Below the pieces are notes generated by a model, which saw only the letters and a program-made list of their open reading frames with translations, was not told the origin of the DNA and ran no database searches. A program made the translations under genes and the position numbers. DNA of 64,000 nt from Phyllobates terribilis (Eukaryota): contig NW_027362768.1 in assembly GCF_046119375.1 (NCBI RefSeq), forward strand, positions 363,940,001 to 364,004,000. The letters are read 5' to 3'. Position 1 is the first letter of the stretch, and each line of letters starts with the position of its first letter. This document shows positions 1 to 11,398 of this stretch, piece by piece.

Positions 1-1949
1 CATGTGGCTAAGCAGTACTGTACAGCCACATATCGGGTATTTCTACATTCAGCAAAAATTGTGTGACAAATTTTGGTGCTATTTTTACCCTTTTCCCAGT
101 GGGAAAATGTAAAATCTGGGGCTAAAACAAAACTTTGGTGGTAAAAATTTAATTATTCTTTCTTCACTGCTCAATGGTGTATAATTCTGTGAGGTACATG
201 TGGTGTCAACATGCTCACTTCACCCTTAGATGAATTCATTGAGAGGTGTAGTTTGTAAAATGGGGTCTCTTATGGGGAGTTCTGCTGTTCTGGCACCTTA
301 GGGGCTCTGACAATGTGTCATGGCTCCATCAAACCAGCCCAGCAAAATATGAACTCCAATATGGCGATTCTTCCCTTCTGAGCTTTGCACTGTGCTTCAA
401 AAGTAGTTTTCAACCACATATGGGGTATCTGCGAGCACAGGAGAAATTGCACAACAAATTTTGGGTTCCACTTTATCCTGTTATCCTTGTAAAAATAAAT
501 AAATTGGGAATAAAAGATAATTTCTGTGGGAAAAAAGTGATTTTTTTTTATTTTCACAAGTCAACATTATAATTTTCTGTGAAGCACCTGGGGATTCAAG
601 GTGCTCACCACCCATCTAGATAAATTCATTGGGGGGTCTAATTTCCAAAAAGGGGGTACTTTTTGGGCATTTCTACTGTTTTTAGGCACATCAGGGGCTC
701 TGCAAATGTGACATGACACCCGCAGACCATTACATCAAAGTCAGCATTCCAAAATGTCACTCCTTCCCTTCCAAGCCCTGACATGCACCCAAACATTAGA
801 TTTCTCCCACATATGGGGTATCAGTGTAATCAGGAGAAATTGCACAACAATTTTTGGGGTCCAATTTATCCTGTTACCTATGTGAAAATAAAAAAAATGG
901 GGCTAAAAGATCATTTTTGAGGAAAAAAAGTGTTTTTTTTTTATTTTCACGGCTTTACATTATAAACTTTTGTGAAACACTTGGGGATTCAAAGTGCTCA
1001 CCACACATCTAGATAAGTTTCTGAAGGGGTCTAGTTTTCAAAAGGGGATCACTTGTGGGAGGTTTCCACTGTTTAGGCACATCAGGGGCTCTCCAAACGC
1101 AACATGGCGTCTGCTAATTATTCAAGCAAATTTTACAATCTAAAACTCAAATGGCGCTCCTTCCCTTCCAAGCCATGCCGTGCGCCCAAACAGTGGTTTT
1201 GCCCCACATATGGGGTATCTGCGTGCTCAGGAGAATTTGCACAACAAATTTTGGGGTCCATTTTTTCCTGTTACCCTTGAAAAAAAAAATAAAAAATTGG
1301 GTCTAAAGTACAATTTTTGTGAAAAAAAAGTTAAATGTTCATTTTTTCCTTTTACATTCCATTAATTGCTGTGAAGCACCTGAAGGGTTAATAAACTTCT
1401 TGAATGTGGGTTTGAGCACCTTGAGGGGTGCAGTTTTTATAATGGTGTCACTTTAGGGTATTTTCTATCATATAGACCCCTCAAAGTAACTTCAAACGTT
1501 ATGTGGTCCCTAAAAAAAAATGGTTTTGTAAATTTTGTTAGAAAAATGAGAAATCGCTCGTCAACTTTTAACCCTTATAGCTCCCTAACAAAAAAAAATT
1601 TTGGTTCCAAGATTGTGCTGATGTAAAGTAGACATGTGGGAAATGTTATTTATTAACTATTTTGTGTGACATATCTCTCTGATTTAAGGGCATGAAAATT
1701 CAAAGGTTCAAAATTGTGACATTTTCAAAATTTTTGCCAAATTTCCGATTTTTTCACAAATAAACGCAAGTGATATCGAACAAATTTTACCAGTATCCTG
1801 AAGTACAATATGTCACGAAAAAACATTCTTGGAATCAGTGGGAATCCGTTGAAGCGTTCCAGAGTAATTACTTCATAAAGTGACAGTGGTCAGAATTGTA
1901 AAAATTGGCCTGGTCATTAACGTGCAAACAACCTCCAGGGGTAAAGGGG
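1..1949. mobile_element. Non-autonomous piggyBac-like DNA element, right part, with ~390-bp degenerate internal tandem repeats
   Basis: Ends ...GGGGTAAAGGGG followed by TTAA (1950-1953), the piggyBac CCC/TTAA terminus. The motif CCACATATGGGGTATCT recurs at ~27, 414, 807 and 1204. No transposase ORF. The left end lies outside the window. Confidence 0.6.
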
Positions 1950-2949
1950 TTAAGTCAAGGGTGGGTCAACCATTAACCTATGAGGTTCATGACCACCTTA
2001 AAGGGGTATAATTTCTATCAATTGCTTACCCCGTACATGCTTACTACCACTCCATGGACCCCTGTATTCGTGATCATATAGGGGGGGAATATGGCCGTAG
2101 ATGTAGAATGATCAATATCAACCATAATGACTGAATTTGACTGTTTTCTCGATCACCGGCCATTAATTATCCCCTTTCTTCCCTGCAAACTAGTGCTATT
2201 AATTAGAAGAAGACCAGTGCGTAATAACGCCTATCGAACACTAGCGTCTCTTCACGTCCAATCAGATCAGGAATAGGTCTGCCAGGGCATGCTGGGAACT
2301 GTAGTTTCACAACAGCCAAACGTTGCATAACCCTGACGTATAACGATAGATCCAGTAGCGGTAGTACCGGCAGGACGGACACAGATCATGGTAGATGATG
2401 CCCGATGCCTGCTTGTTAAACAGCGTTGTTATTGATTACCCCCTCGAAATTGATACAAAGGCCAAATCACGGCACCCCGCACCTCTCACTTCCTGCGTCT
2501 CTTTTGCCTGTATCATGTATAATGTATGAATTATTGACGGCTCGGGATATCGCTATAGTATTTCAATCACGTCCTGGAGCCTGAGAGAGTGGGGGTTGTC
2601 ATCCACTGGGGTCGGCCATTATTGATCAGCGTATTGATCCCTTTAAAATATGCAGCCCAGTGCCGTAAATAATCATTTCCTACTGTCCTGAAATTTTAAT
2701 TATTTGCCTCTAATTTTTTTTATGGGTGTGAGAGTGACCACCATGGCAGTGTCCGGAGGCAGATAATAAGCAGTATGTAAATATTCTCTCCCTTTTCTAA
2801 TGCTCAAGAGTGTCAGTCTTCACTGCAGTTCTAGCATTGTATTCATAGCCAAATCAATCAGTGCATGTAAACAGAGACCATCAGGTGGAAAATGTATGTT
2901 ATAAAGATTCATTTTTATTTTTTTTTTCATATTCATTTTTTTCCCCTCT

Positions 2950-3720
2950 TCTTCCAAAAGCCAGAACTTTTTTATTTTTCCATCAACGAAGGGTTGTTTT
3001 TTTTTTGGCTGGACGAGTTGTAGTTGTGAATAAAACCATTCACTTTATCATCTAATGTCCTAAAAAATTGGAAAATAAAAATTCAAGTGGGGAGAAAGGG
3101 TGAAAAAAAAAAATACAATGCCGCCATTTTTATTTTTTTTTAGAGGGAGGGATTGTTTTAAGAGCATTTATGGTGCTGCAAAAATGACCTGGAAACCTGA
3201 TTCTTCAAATCAGTATGATTACGGCAATCCTAAACTTTTAGTTTTTTTGTTGTTTTTTTATTTCAGTAGTTAAAAAATGTAGAACCTTATAAATGCAAAA
3301 AAAAGTGGTTTGTGTCGCCATTTTCTAAGACCGGTAACTTTTTTATTTTTTCTTCGATGGAGCTTGTTTTTTTTTTTACGTGTCGAGATGTAATTTTTAA
3401 TGCTACAATTTTGGGGAACATGATGTTTTAATCATTTTTACTACATTTTTATGGAGAGGTGCAGCAGTAACAAGAAAAAAAAATGACTTTTTCGATTTAT
3501 CTTTTTTTTTTATTGATTATCATTTTATATTTGATAGACATATCTTTGATAGAAATATGCTTTTTTATTTTCTTTTTCTTTTTTTTTTTTTACAGGAGAT
3601 TCAAATTTTTATTTTGTAAAAAAAAAAAAAAATGTTGACACTTTATTTTTTAGTCCCCTTAGGGAACTTGAACCTGCGATCGTTTGATCGCTGTACTATA
3701 TATTGCAATGCCACAGTATT
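2950..3720. mobile_element. Degenerate AT-rich DNA-transposon fragment (probably piggyBac-derived MITE family)
   Basis: Shares motifs such as TTTGTGTCGCCA(T/C)TTT with the fragment at ~48020-48480. Poly-T/poly-A rich, no ORF. Confidence 0.35.
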
Positions 3721-5749
3721 GCAGCATATAGGAGGATTATTCGTGTCCTGTGGCTGGGATAAAAGTGCCCCATTCTGCCGATCGATCTGTCGGACCCCCA
3801 TTAATTATCAACTATGTAACTTATCTTCACTGGACATCCCCCTTTAAAGAGTTTGTCCCAGAAACAACATTTAGATAAGGATTCCCCTGTGTGAATGGGG
3901 GGGATAGAGCAGGCGTGACATCCGCGCCATTCACTTCTATGGATCTGTGTAAGCCGTAGTGCGCATGTGTGACCAACGCTCCATTTACTAAGCATGCGCA
4001 CTACGGCTTCCATAAAAGTGATTGGCGCGGAGGTCACAAGTGCGGATTTCCGACCCATTTACATTGTGGACTTCAGGACCCTCGACGCTGTGGATGGGTG
4101 ATTAATGAATCTCTGTCCTGTACTGATAGTTTGCTACGCTGTATCAGTGCCAGTAAACTATATCATCCAGGACTTCATGCATCTGCAACTTGCAGCTCTC
4201 CAGCTTGTGGGAAACTACAACTCTCAGCATGCAGAAGGAGCCGTATAGCAAAGATCAAACTTGGCATTTATTTTGGCGCAGAATTTGCCATCCCGGACAG
4301 AAGAGGCCGGTGTTTGCCCCCCTTATTTGCACGAGGTCTCTTTTTCCATTATTAAAGGGGATGTGCCCAGGTCCGGGGCCCCATATCAGCACATTGTTCA
4401 TAGACACTAAATACCTAAAAATCAGGAACTTACTAAAATAGAAAGTGATGGGTGCAGGGAGGATATAATGAGTGGGTGGAGGGACGCTTCCTGCACGCTG
4501 CGCATTTCCTGTCCAGTACTAACCCTAGTGAAGCGTCAGCCGACTGCTTGTCATCACAGCAGCGTCCATGTAACAGGACGGGAAAACCAATTGGAAGGAT
4601 TGACAGCTGAAGAGCCACCGGTGACCGCACTGCACCCCCCACCAGGTCACGGCCAGCCTTATCGAACACCAAAACAGTTCCCCAAATCTCAGCTTCAAAG
4701 CGAAAATAATTTCTATAGGCTTTAAAGGGTATGCAGACTTTTGCAACCTATCATTCTTTCACTCCAGTGCAAAATTAAGCACCTTTGCAAATAGTCTTCA
4801 TCAAAAATCTCCTGCCGTTTCGTTAATACAGCTCCCGTGCGGAGCTATGTGTCTCCAAGGTAACAGACTACAAACAAACCCTGCAGTCCTGTGTCACTAC
4901 CCCGCCATTGACTCCTCTTATTGCCAACCAACAGACGGAAGAAATGGAGGGATATGGAAAAGAGTAAGGCTTGACTGCAGAATCGGGGTTTGTTTGTAGT
5001 CCATAACCTTGGTAACATATAGGTCTGCATATGAGCTCTAAACACAAAACGGTAGGTGGTTTTTCAAAGAAAGTTTTCAAAGTTGCTTTATTTTGTATAT
5101 TAGAAGCCCTAGAGCAAAAAAAATGGTTGTAAAGATGTTTTTTTTTAGTTTTTTTTATTTTAACGGTTGTCAAACTTTTTAATAAGTTGGATCCCCCCTT
5201 TACACATAATTTGTTTTCCACTTTAGCTGTTTGCAGTAGTAATTGCATATCTGTACAGTAAGACGTAACGTGTCGTTCCTGTTCGTTTTGTGGTTTGACT
5301 TAGATTGGATTCACACAGCAATAGCAACAGCGACACCTACAGGCCGATTACCAAAGCAAAACTTATCAATATCTGTAAAAAGGGGGGGCTCTGTACCAAA
5401 AAGAGCAAAAGCGTTAATAAAAAGTTCTGCTTGAAGATCTCTGCATGCTGTCAGTAAATGCAGGGACGAAGCTCCTGGACTGTAATACAAAACCTGTAAC
5501 AAGTACCATAAATAATACTGGCGTCTTCTCTTATGGCACAGGGGTATTTGGACCCCCCACCCAGCCAAACTCTTGGTGCAATGGCTGCCTCTGCTCCCCA
5601 CTATATCTACACCCCTGAGTAGATTTCTACAATTAATGGACATTTTTAACAATTTTTGGCCACAAAGAATCAAGAGAAATCCCGAGACATCACCTCCCAA
5701 TCGCGAAAAATAATCCACACCCTAACCCTACCCAGTCCTTCTTGTGCAT

Positions 5750-6500
5750 CCACACAGAAATCGTGCCCATAGTGAAGCCCCTCAGTGTTTTCACACAGTT
5801 TGATACCCCTTTTATCGCCATCACACAGTATGATGCCCTGACAGTACTCCCACAACACAGTATGAAGCTCCCTACACACAATGATGCCCCCCCGTGTAGT
5901 TTGATGCCCCCACAGTGCCTCCCTGCGTTTCCAGTTCCCCTGACACAGTACAGTGTCACCAGATGATTCCTCCTCAGTGCCAATAACACAGTATGATGCC
6001 CCCCAAAAACATTATGATCATCAAAATTTAGTACTTAAACATTATGATGCCTCCAGTGCCCTCTGACAAAATATTATGTCCTTACAATGCCCCATCATAG
6101 TATGATGCCCCCACATAGTTTCTTCCCCCCCACAGTGTCTCACCACAAATGATGCTTCCACAGTGCCACTAACACAGTATGATGCCCCCCAAATGTTATG
6201 TTGATCCCACAGTTTAGTACCGAAACATTATAATGCCTCCAGTGCTCTCTGACACAATATGATGCCCCTAAAATGCCCCATCACAGTATGATGCCTCCAC
6301 AGTGCCCCCTACACACATTGATGCCCCCACATAGTTTGTTCCCCCCACAGTACCTCACCACAAATGATGCCTCCACATTGCCACTAACACAGTATGATGC
6401 CCCCCCAAAAAACATTATGATGCCTCCAGTGCTCTGACACTATATGTTGCCCCTACAGTGCCCCCCCGATAGAGTATGATGCCCACACAATGCCCCCTAC
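5750..6500. repeat. Degenerate minisatellite (CACAGTATGATGCCCCC-type)
   Basis: Many imperfect copies of cagtatgatgcc(c)n / cacagtgccc. Confidence 0.7.
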
Positions 6501-6817
6501 CTCCTCTCCACTCCAAATAATTTTTATTTTTATAGCGCCAATATTTTCCGCAGCACTTTACAATTTTAGGGGAGACTTATACAGACAATACAGACGTTAC
6601 AGGATAAGCATAACTCATATAAAAAGGAGTGAGGGCTCGCAAGTTTATAGTCTATGAGGAAATAGGGGGTACACAAAAGGTCACATGTACATATATTGTA
6701 TAATACAGCCATAATATACTAAATTAGGTATGTACATAGCACTACATGAACTGGTCGCCAGCCAGTATGTGTACAGTACAGACAGAGGCTAATCACTGCA
6801 TGGATGGGATGAGCATG

Positions 6818-7378
6818 TGTCACGGGTGTGTCAGAAGTAACAGACAGTCACCCTGCAGTAGGTTGCAGGAGATCTCTACGTTTGGCATTACAGACATCTT
6901 TTTAGAGGCTGGCTGTCTCTAGGACCCAGCGGCTACCTTTCTCTGGCTAATTAACACCCTGGCCTGGGTGTATAAATACCTGCTGTGTTCTAGAGGGAGG
7001 TGCCAGCGAAATTCATTACTCCTTGTGAAGGCTTTAGCAAGACCTGTACTTCTTCCTCTCTGGAGCTTGAGGCCGTGTGTGCATTTGTCTGGAGTCATCT
7101 AAAGCTAAGCAATTTCCCCCTGTTTGTACTCCCTTGTTGTCTTTAGTGTTCAGTGAGGATCGACTATTTCTCATCTCCTCCCTTCCCTAGCCTTAGCAAT
7201 ACGCCAGGGAAAGACAGGGTGAGGCACGCGTGCGGTGATTGATGAAGAGCCAATATAGGGTCATTAGGGGAGACAGGGTGACACTAGATCAGCCTAGGAG
7301 GTCTCCACTCCCCCCTTTCCCTAGAGTCCGGGCTTCCTTTCCCTCTTCCCTTTGTGTTGCACTAAGTCTTGCGTGACA
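6818..7378 (+). repeat. 5' LTR of Gypsy element
   Basis: TG...CA termini, TATAAA at 6971, colinear with 14230-14729. Confidence 0.93.
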
Positions 7379-7407
7379 TTATAGCATTATAGCCGGCCGA
7401 GCACATT

Positions 7408-8355
7408 TTGAAAAGGGAAAAAAAAAAGAAACTGACACTTTGTTTTTTTTTTTCTCGCTGTGTGTTTTTGAGCGTGCACTTTTTCTTTCTCCTTTCTCCC
7501 TTGGTATGGGTTCAGTTGCAGAGAGGCTGCACAGTCTTTCTCTGTGAGGTTCAGCATCAGCGGTTACAGGTCACCAATGTGGAGGTCTCCGCAGGTAGGC
7601 CTGTCCAGCCTGAACCCAAGGTTGCCCTCCCGGACAGGTTTTCAGGAGGTAGGGGCAAGTTTTTTGTATTTAAGGAGGCCTGCAAACTGTATTTTAAACT
7701 TCGTCCCTACTCCTCCGGAAATGAGGAGCAATTGGTTGGTATTGTGATCTCTCTATTGCAGGGCGATCCTCAATCCTGGACTTTTTCTTTACCGCAGGAC
7801 TCGGTTTCTCTCCAGTCTGTGGAGGTTTTTTTTCGGAGCTCTTGCCCTCATCTATGATGACTCTGACTGAGTCGCTTTGGCTGAGTCCAGGCTACGTCGC
7901 CTTCAGCAGGGGATTCGGTCAGTGGAGACGTACAGTTCGGAATTCCATAGATGGGCAATGGATTCCAAATGGATTGACTCAGGCCTTAGAAGTCAATTTT
8001 GTGAGGGGCTAGCTGAAAGGTTGAAAGATGCCTTGGCTGTATATGAAACCCCTCAGTCCTTGGAGGCTGCCATGTCATTGGCCATACGTCTTGCTAGGCA
8101 CCTTCGGGATAGACAGGTGAGACCACCTTCTCCGGGGCCTACTTGTCGGGGTTGTGTACCTTTCCCGGGAGGGAGCGGTCTAGGGGTGAACCAGTACTGG
8201 GGGAGGTGGAGGAACCCATGCAGTTAGGGGGTGTCTCTACATCATACATCTACCTGGAGATTCGCAGGAAAAAAGGCATATTTTTTTTTGTGAGTAAAAG
8301 GGACATTTTGTTGAGACCTGTCCTTCAATTCCTAAACAAAAGGAGACTCGTTTAA
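7408..8355 (+). pseudogene. Disrupted gag (retrotransposon gag/capsid)
   Basis: Fragments PEPKVALPDRFSG...GIVISLLQGDPQSW and LQQGIRSVETYSSEF...FCEGLAERLKDAL, with stops and frameshifts. Confidence 0.85.
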
Positions 8356-8795
8356 CTCTTGGTAGTCTGGAGTTGGATAAACAAGGGGTTTATTTGTTAC
8401 CAACCTGCAGTTCCTGCTTTGTCCTGTCAGCCGAGGTGGTGCTAGAGAGCAAAGCCAAGAAAATTTCTGTGTTTGTTGACAGTGGAGCCGGAGTCAGCAT
8501 GGTTTGTGAAAACTCATGGTCTTGCTTGTTGTGCTTTAGCTGAACCTATTTCCATCTTTGCCATCGACTCGGCGCCACTTGCACAGAAAGCATTTACTCA
8601 GATTGTACATAATGTAAAACTGAGGGGGGGGTCAGTTCATTGTGAAATAATCCCTTGCTATGTCCTGGACAATCTTCCCACACCTATTGTTTTGGGTATA
8701 CCTTGGCTTGTTAAACATAATCCGTTGGTGGATTGGCAAACCGGGGAGATTATTGAATGGGGAGATTTCTGCCATGAGAACTGTTTAAATGTTTC

Positions 8796-11398
8796 TGTAA
8801 CATACCTGGGGGCGTCCTTGCATAGTGGTCCATCTCCCACTGTGCAAGAGCGCGCACTTGATCTCCAGTCCAGTTTGCTAGCCTGGCTTCCCTCCATGCT
8901 GTCTGTTTGCCTCTGTGTCTGCTGCTTAAGGGCGGCGCCCGATCACTTCCTGCTTTTTGTACCTGCTGCAGACACACCCCTTGTGCGTCCTCAGCCTATT
9001 GCTGTCTGCCATCTGGTATTTAACCCAGCTGCTCCAATGAATCCCTGCCTGAGCATTGTGTTCTGTCAGTTGGCCTTTGGTCACTGATATGCCAGGTCCC
9101 GTTTATGTTTCCTGCCTTCGGTATCAGTTCCCGTGTCTAAACTGTGTCCTGTCTGTATTATCTTCTAGCCTGTTGTCTTCTGCCTATCCTGGAGGCTGTA
9201 TTTCCAGGCCTGTGTGAACCCGCTCCTGTATCTTGCTGCTGTGTCTGTTCTTGTCTGAATACTCTCCTAGCCTGTTTTGTTTTTCTCTATGTCCGTACTT
9301 TCCCTTTTTCTGCAGAGTCTGAACTCGTACCTATCTCCTGTTCGTTGTCACTGTACTTCCGTTTGTGAGTTTGTGGTCCACTCGCTACTTCTCTGCAAGT
9401 ACCCTGTGAGTATCTGGTTCTGCCTTTCCCTTCTAGTCTGTTCCGTGTGTACAGAGCTCTGTCCACCGCATCTGCGGTTTTCGCTTTGCTCAGCTCTGTC
9501 CACCGCGTCTGCGGTTTTCGCTTTGCTCAGCTCTGTCCACCGCGTCTGCGGTTTTCGCTTTGCTCAGCTCTGTCCGCCGCGTCTGCGGTTTTCGCTTTGC
9601 TCAGCTCTGTCCGCCGCGTCTGCGGTTTTCGCTTTGCTCAGCTCTGTCCGCCGAGTCTGCGCTTTTCGCTTTGCTCAGCTCTGTCCGCCGCGTCTGCGGT
9701 TTTCGCTTTGCTGAGCTCTGTCCGCCGCGTCTGCGCTTTTCGCTTTGCTCAGCTCTGTCCGCCACGTCTGCGCTTTTCACTTTGCTCAGCTCTGTCCGCC
9801 GTGTCTGCGGTTTTCGCTTTGCTCAGCTCTGTCCGCCGCGTCTGCGCTTTTCGCTTTGCTCAGCTCTGTCCGCCGCGTCTGCGCTTTTCGCTTTGCTCAG
9901 CTCTGTCCGCCGCGTCTGCGCTTTTCGCTTTGCTCAGCTCTGTCCGCCGCGTCTGCGCTTTTCGCTTTGCTCAGCTCTGTCCGCCGCGTCTGCGCTTTTC
10001 GCTTTGCTCAGCTCTGTCCGCCGCGTCTGCGCTTTTCGCTTTGCTCAGCTCTGTCCGCCACGTCTGCGCTTTTCGCTTTGCTCAGCTCTGTCCGCCGCGT
10101 CTGCGCTTTTCGCTTTGTTCAGCTCTGTCCGCCGCGTCTGCGCTTTTCGCTTTGCTCAGCTCTGTCCGCCGCGTCTGCGCTTTTCGCTTTGCTCAGCTCT
10201 GTCCGCCGCGTCTGCGCTTTTCGCTTTGCTCAGCTCTGTCCGCCGCGTCTGCGCTTTTCGCTTTGCTCAGCTCTGTCCGCCGCATCTGCGGTTTTCGCTT
10301 TGCTCTGCCCTGTCCGCCGCGTCTGCGCTTTTCGCTTTGCTCTGCCCTGTCCGCCGCGTCTGCGGTTTTCGCTTTGCTCTGCTCTGTCCGCCGCGTCTGC
10401 GGTTTTCGCTTTGCTCTGCTCTGTCCGCCGCGTCTGCGGTTTTCGCTTTGCTCAGCTCTGTCCGCCGCGTCTGCGGTTTTCGCTTTGCTCAGCTCTGTCC
10501 GCCGCGTCTGCGCTTTTCGCTTTGCTCAGCTCTGTCCGCCGCGTCTGCGCTTTTCGCTTTGCTCAGCTCTGTCCGCCGCGTCTGCGCTTTTCGCTTTGCT
10601 CAGCTCTGTCCGCCGCGTCTGCGGTTTTCGCTTTGCTCAGCTCTGTCCGCCGCGTCTGCGGTTTTCGCTTTGCTCAGCTCTGTCCGCCGCGTCTGCGCTT
10701 TTCGCTTTGCTCAGCTCTGTCCGCCGCGTCTGCGCTTTTCGCTTTGCTCAGCTCTGTCCGCCGCGTCTGCGCTTTTCGCTTTGCTCAGCTCTGTCCGCCG
10801 CGTCTGCGGTTTTCGCTTTGCTCAGCTCTGTCCGCCGCGTCTGCGGTTTTCGCTTTGCTCAGCTCTGTCCGCCGCGTCTGCGCTTTTCGCTTTGCTCAGC
10901 TCTGTCCGCCGCGTCTGCGCTTTTCGCTTTGCTCAGCTCTGTCCGCCGCGTCTGCGCTTTTCGCTTTGCTCAGCTCTGTCCGCCGCGTCTGCGCTTTTCG
11001 CTTTGCTCAGCTCTGTCCGCCGCGTCTGCGCTTTTCGCTTTGCTCAGCTCTGTCCGCCGCGTCTGCGCTTTTCGCTTTGCTCTGCCCTGTCCACCGCGTC
11101 TGCGGTTTCAAATTTGTCTCCCAGTCTGTACTGGACCCTACCCAGCCTGCGCTCTAGTCTGCCTGTTCCTGTATTTCCCTGTGTGGGTCAACAGCCGTGT
11201 CCGGAGTCTGACCTGGAGTAGACCCTGGTTCCTCTGCTCGGTTCCTCCCTGGTGCACTGGCGTCGTATGCCGTCGTGCGACCTTGGTCGGATCGGGCAGA
11301 TACTTAGTTACGCCCCTCCAGGCACTCTCCGGTTCATTGCACAGTGGAATCACTACATAAACACGCACATGCCAGTCAGTCCGGGCGTGTGCATTACA
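8796..11398 (+). mobile_element. Nested solo LTR carrying an expanded satellite
   Basis: Begins TGTAAC and ends TTACA, with a perfect 5-bp TSD GTTTC (8791-8795 and 11399-11403). Removing it restores the pol frame CLNVS-LATVSMEILPAFL. No coding domains. Confidence 0.88.
9455..11108. repeat. 37-bp tandem array (~45 copies), CGCTTTGCTCAGCTCTGTCCGCCGCGTCTGCGCTTTT
   Basis: Near-perfect 37-bp period. Produces 37-aa periodic ORFs in all three plus frames. Confidence 0.97.

Noticed and set aside
4428-4640. Possible non-coding first exon or promoter of the expected neighbour CAMK1 (minus-strand GTAAGT at ~4428-4433, CCAAT, GC-rich patch)
   Set aside because: Supported only by synteny expectation. 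No CAMK1 coding sequence is visible in the window.
9447-11360. Three overlapping 470-637-aa plus-strand ORFs
   Set aside because: They are the translation of a 37-bp satellite lacking stops, with 37-aa periodicity in all frames and no domain. Not called as genes.
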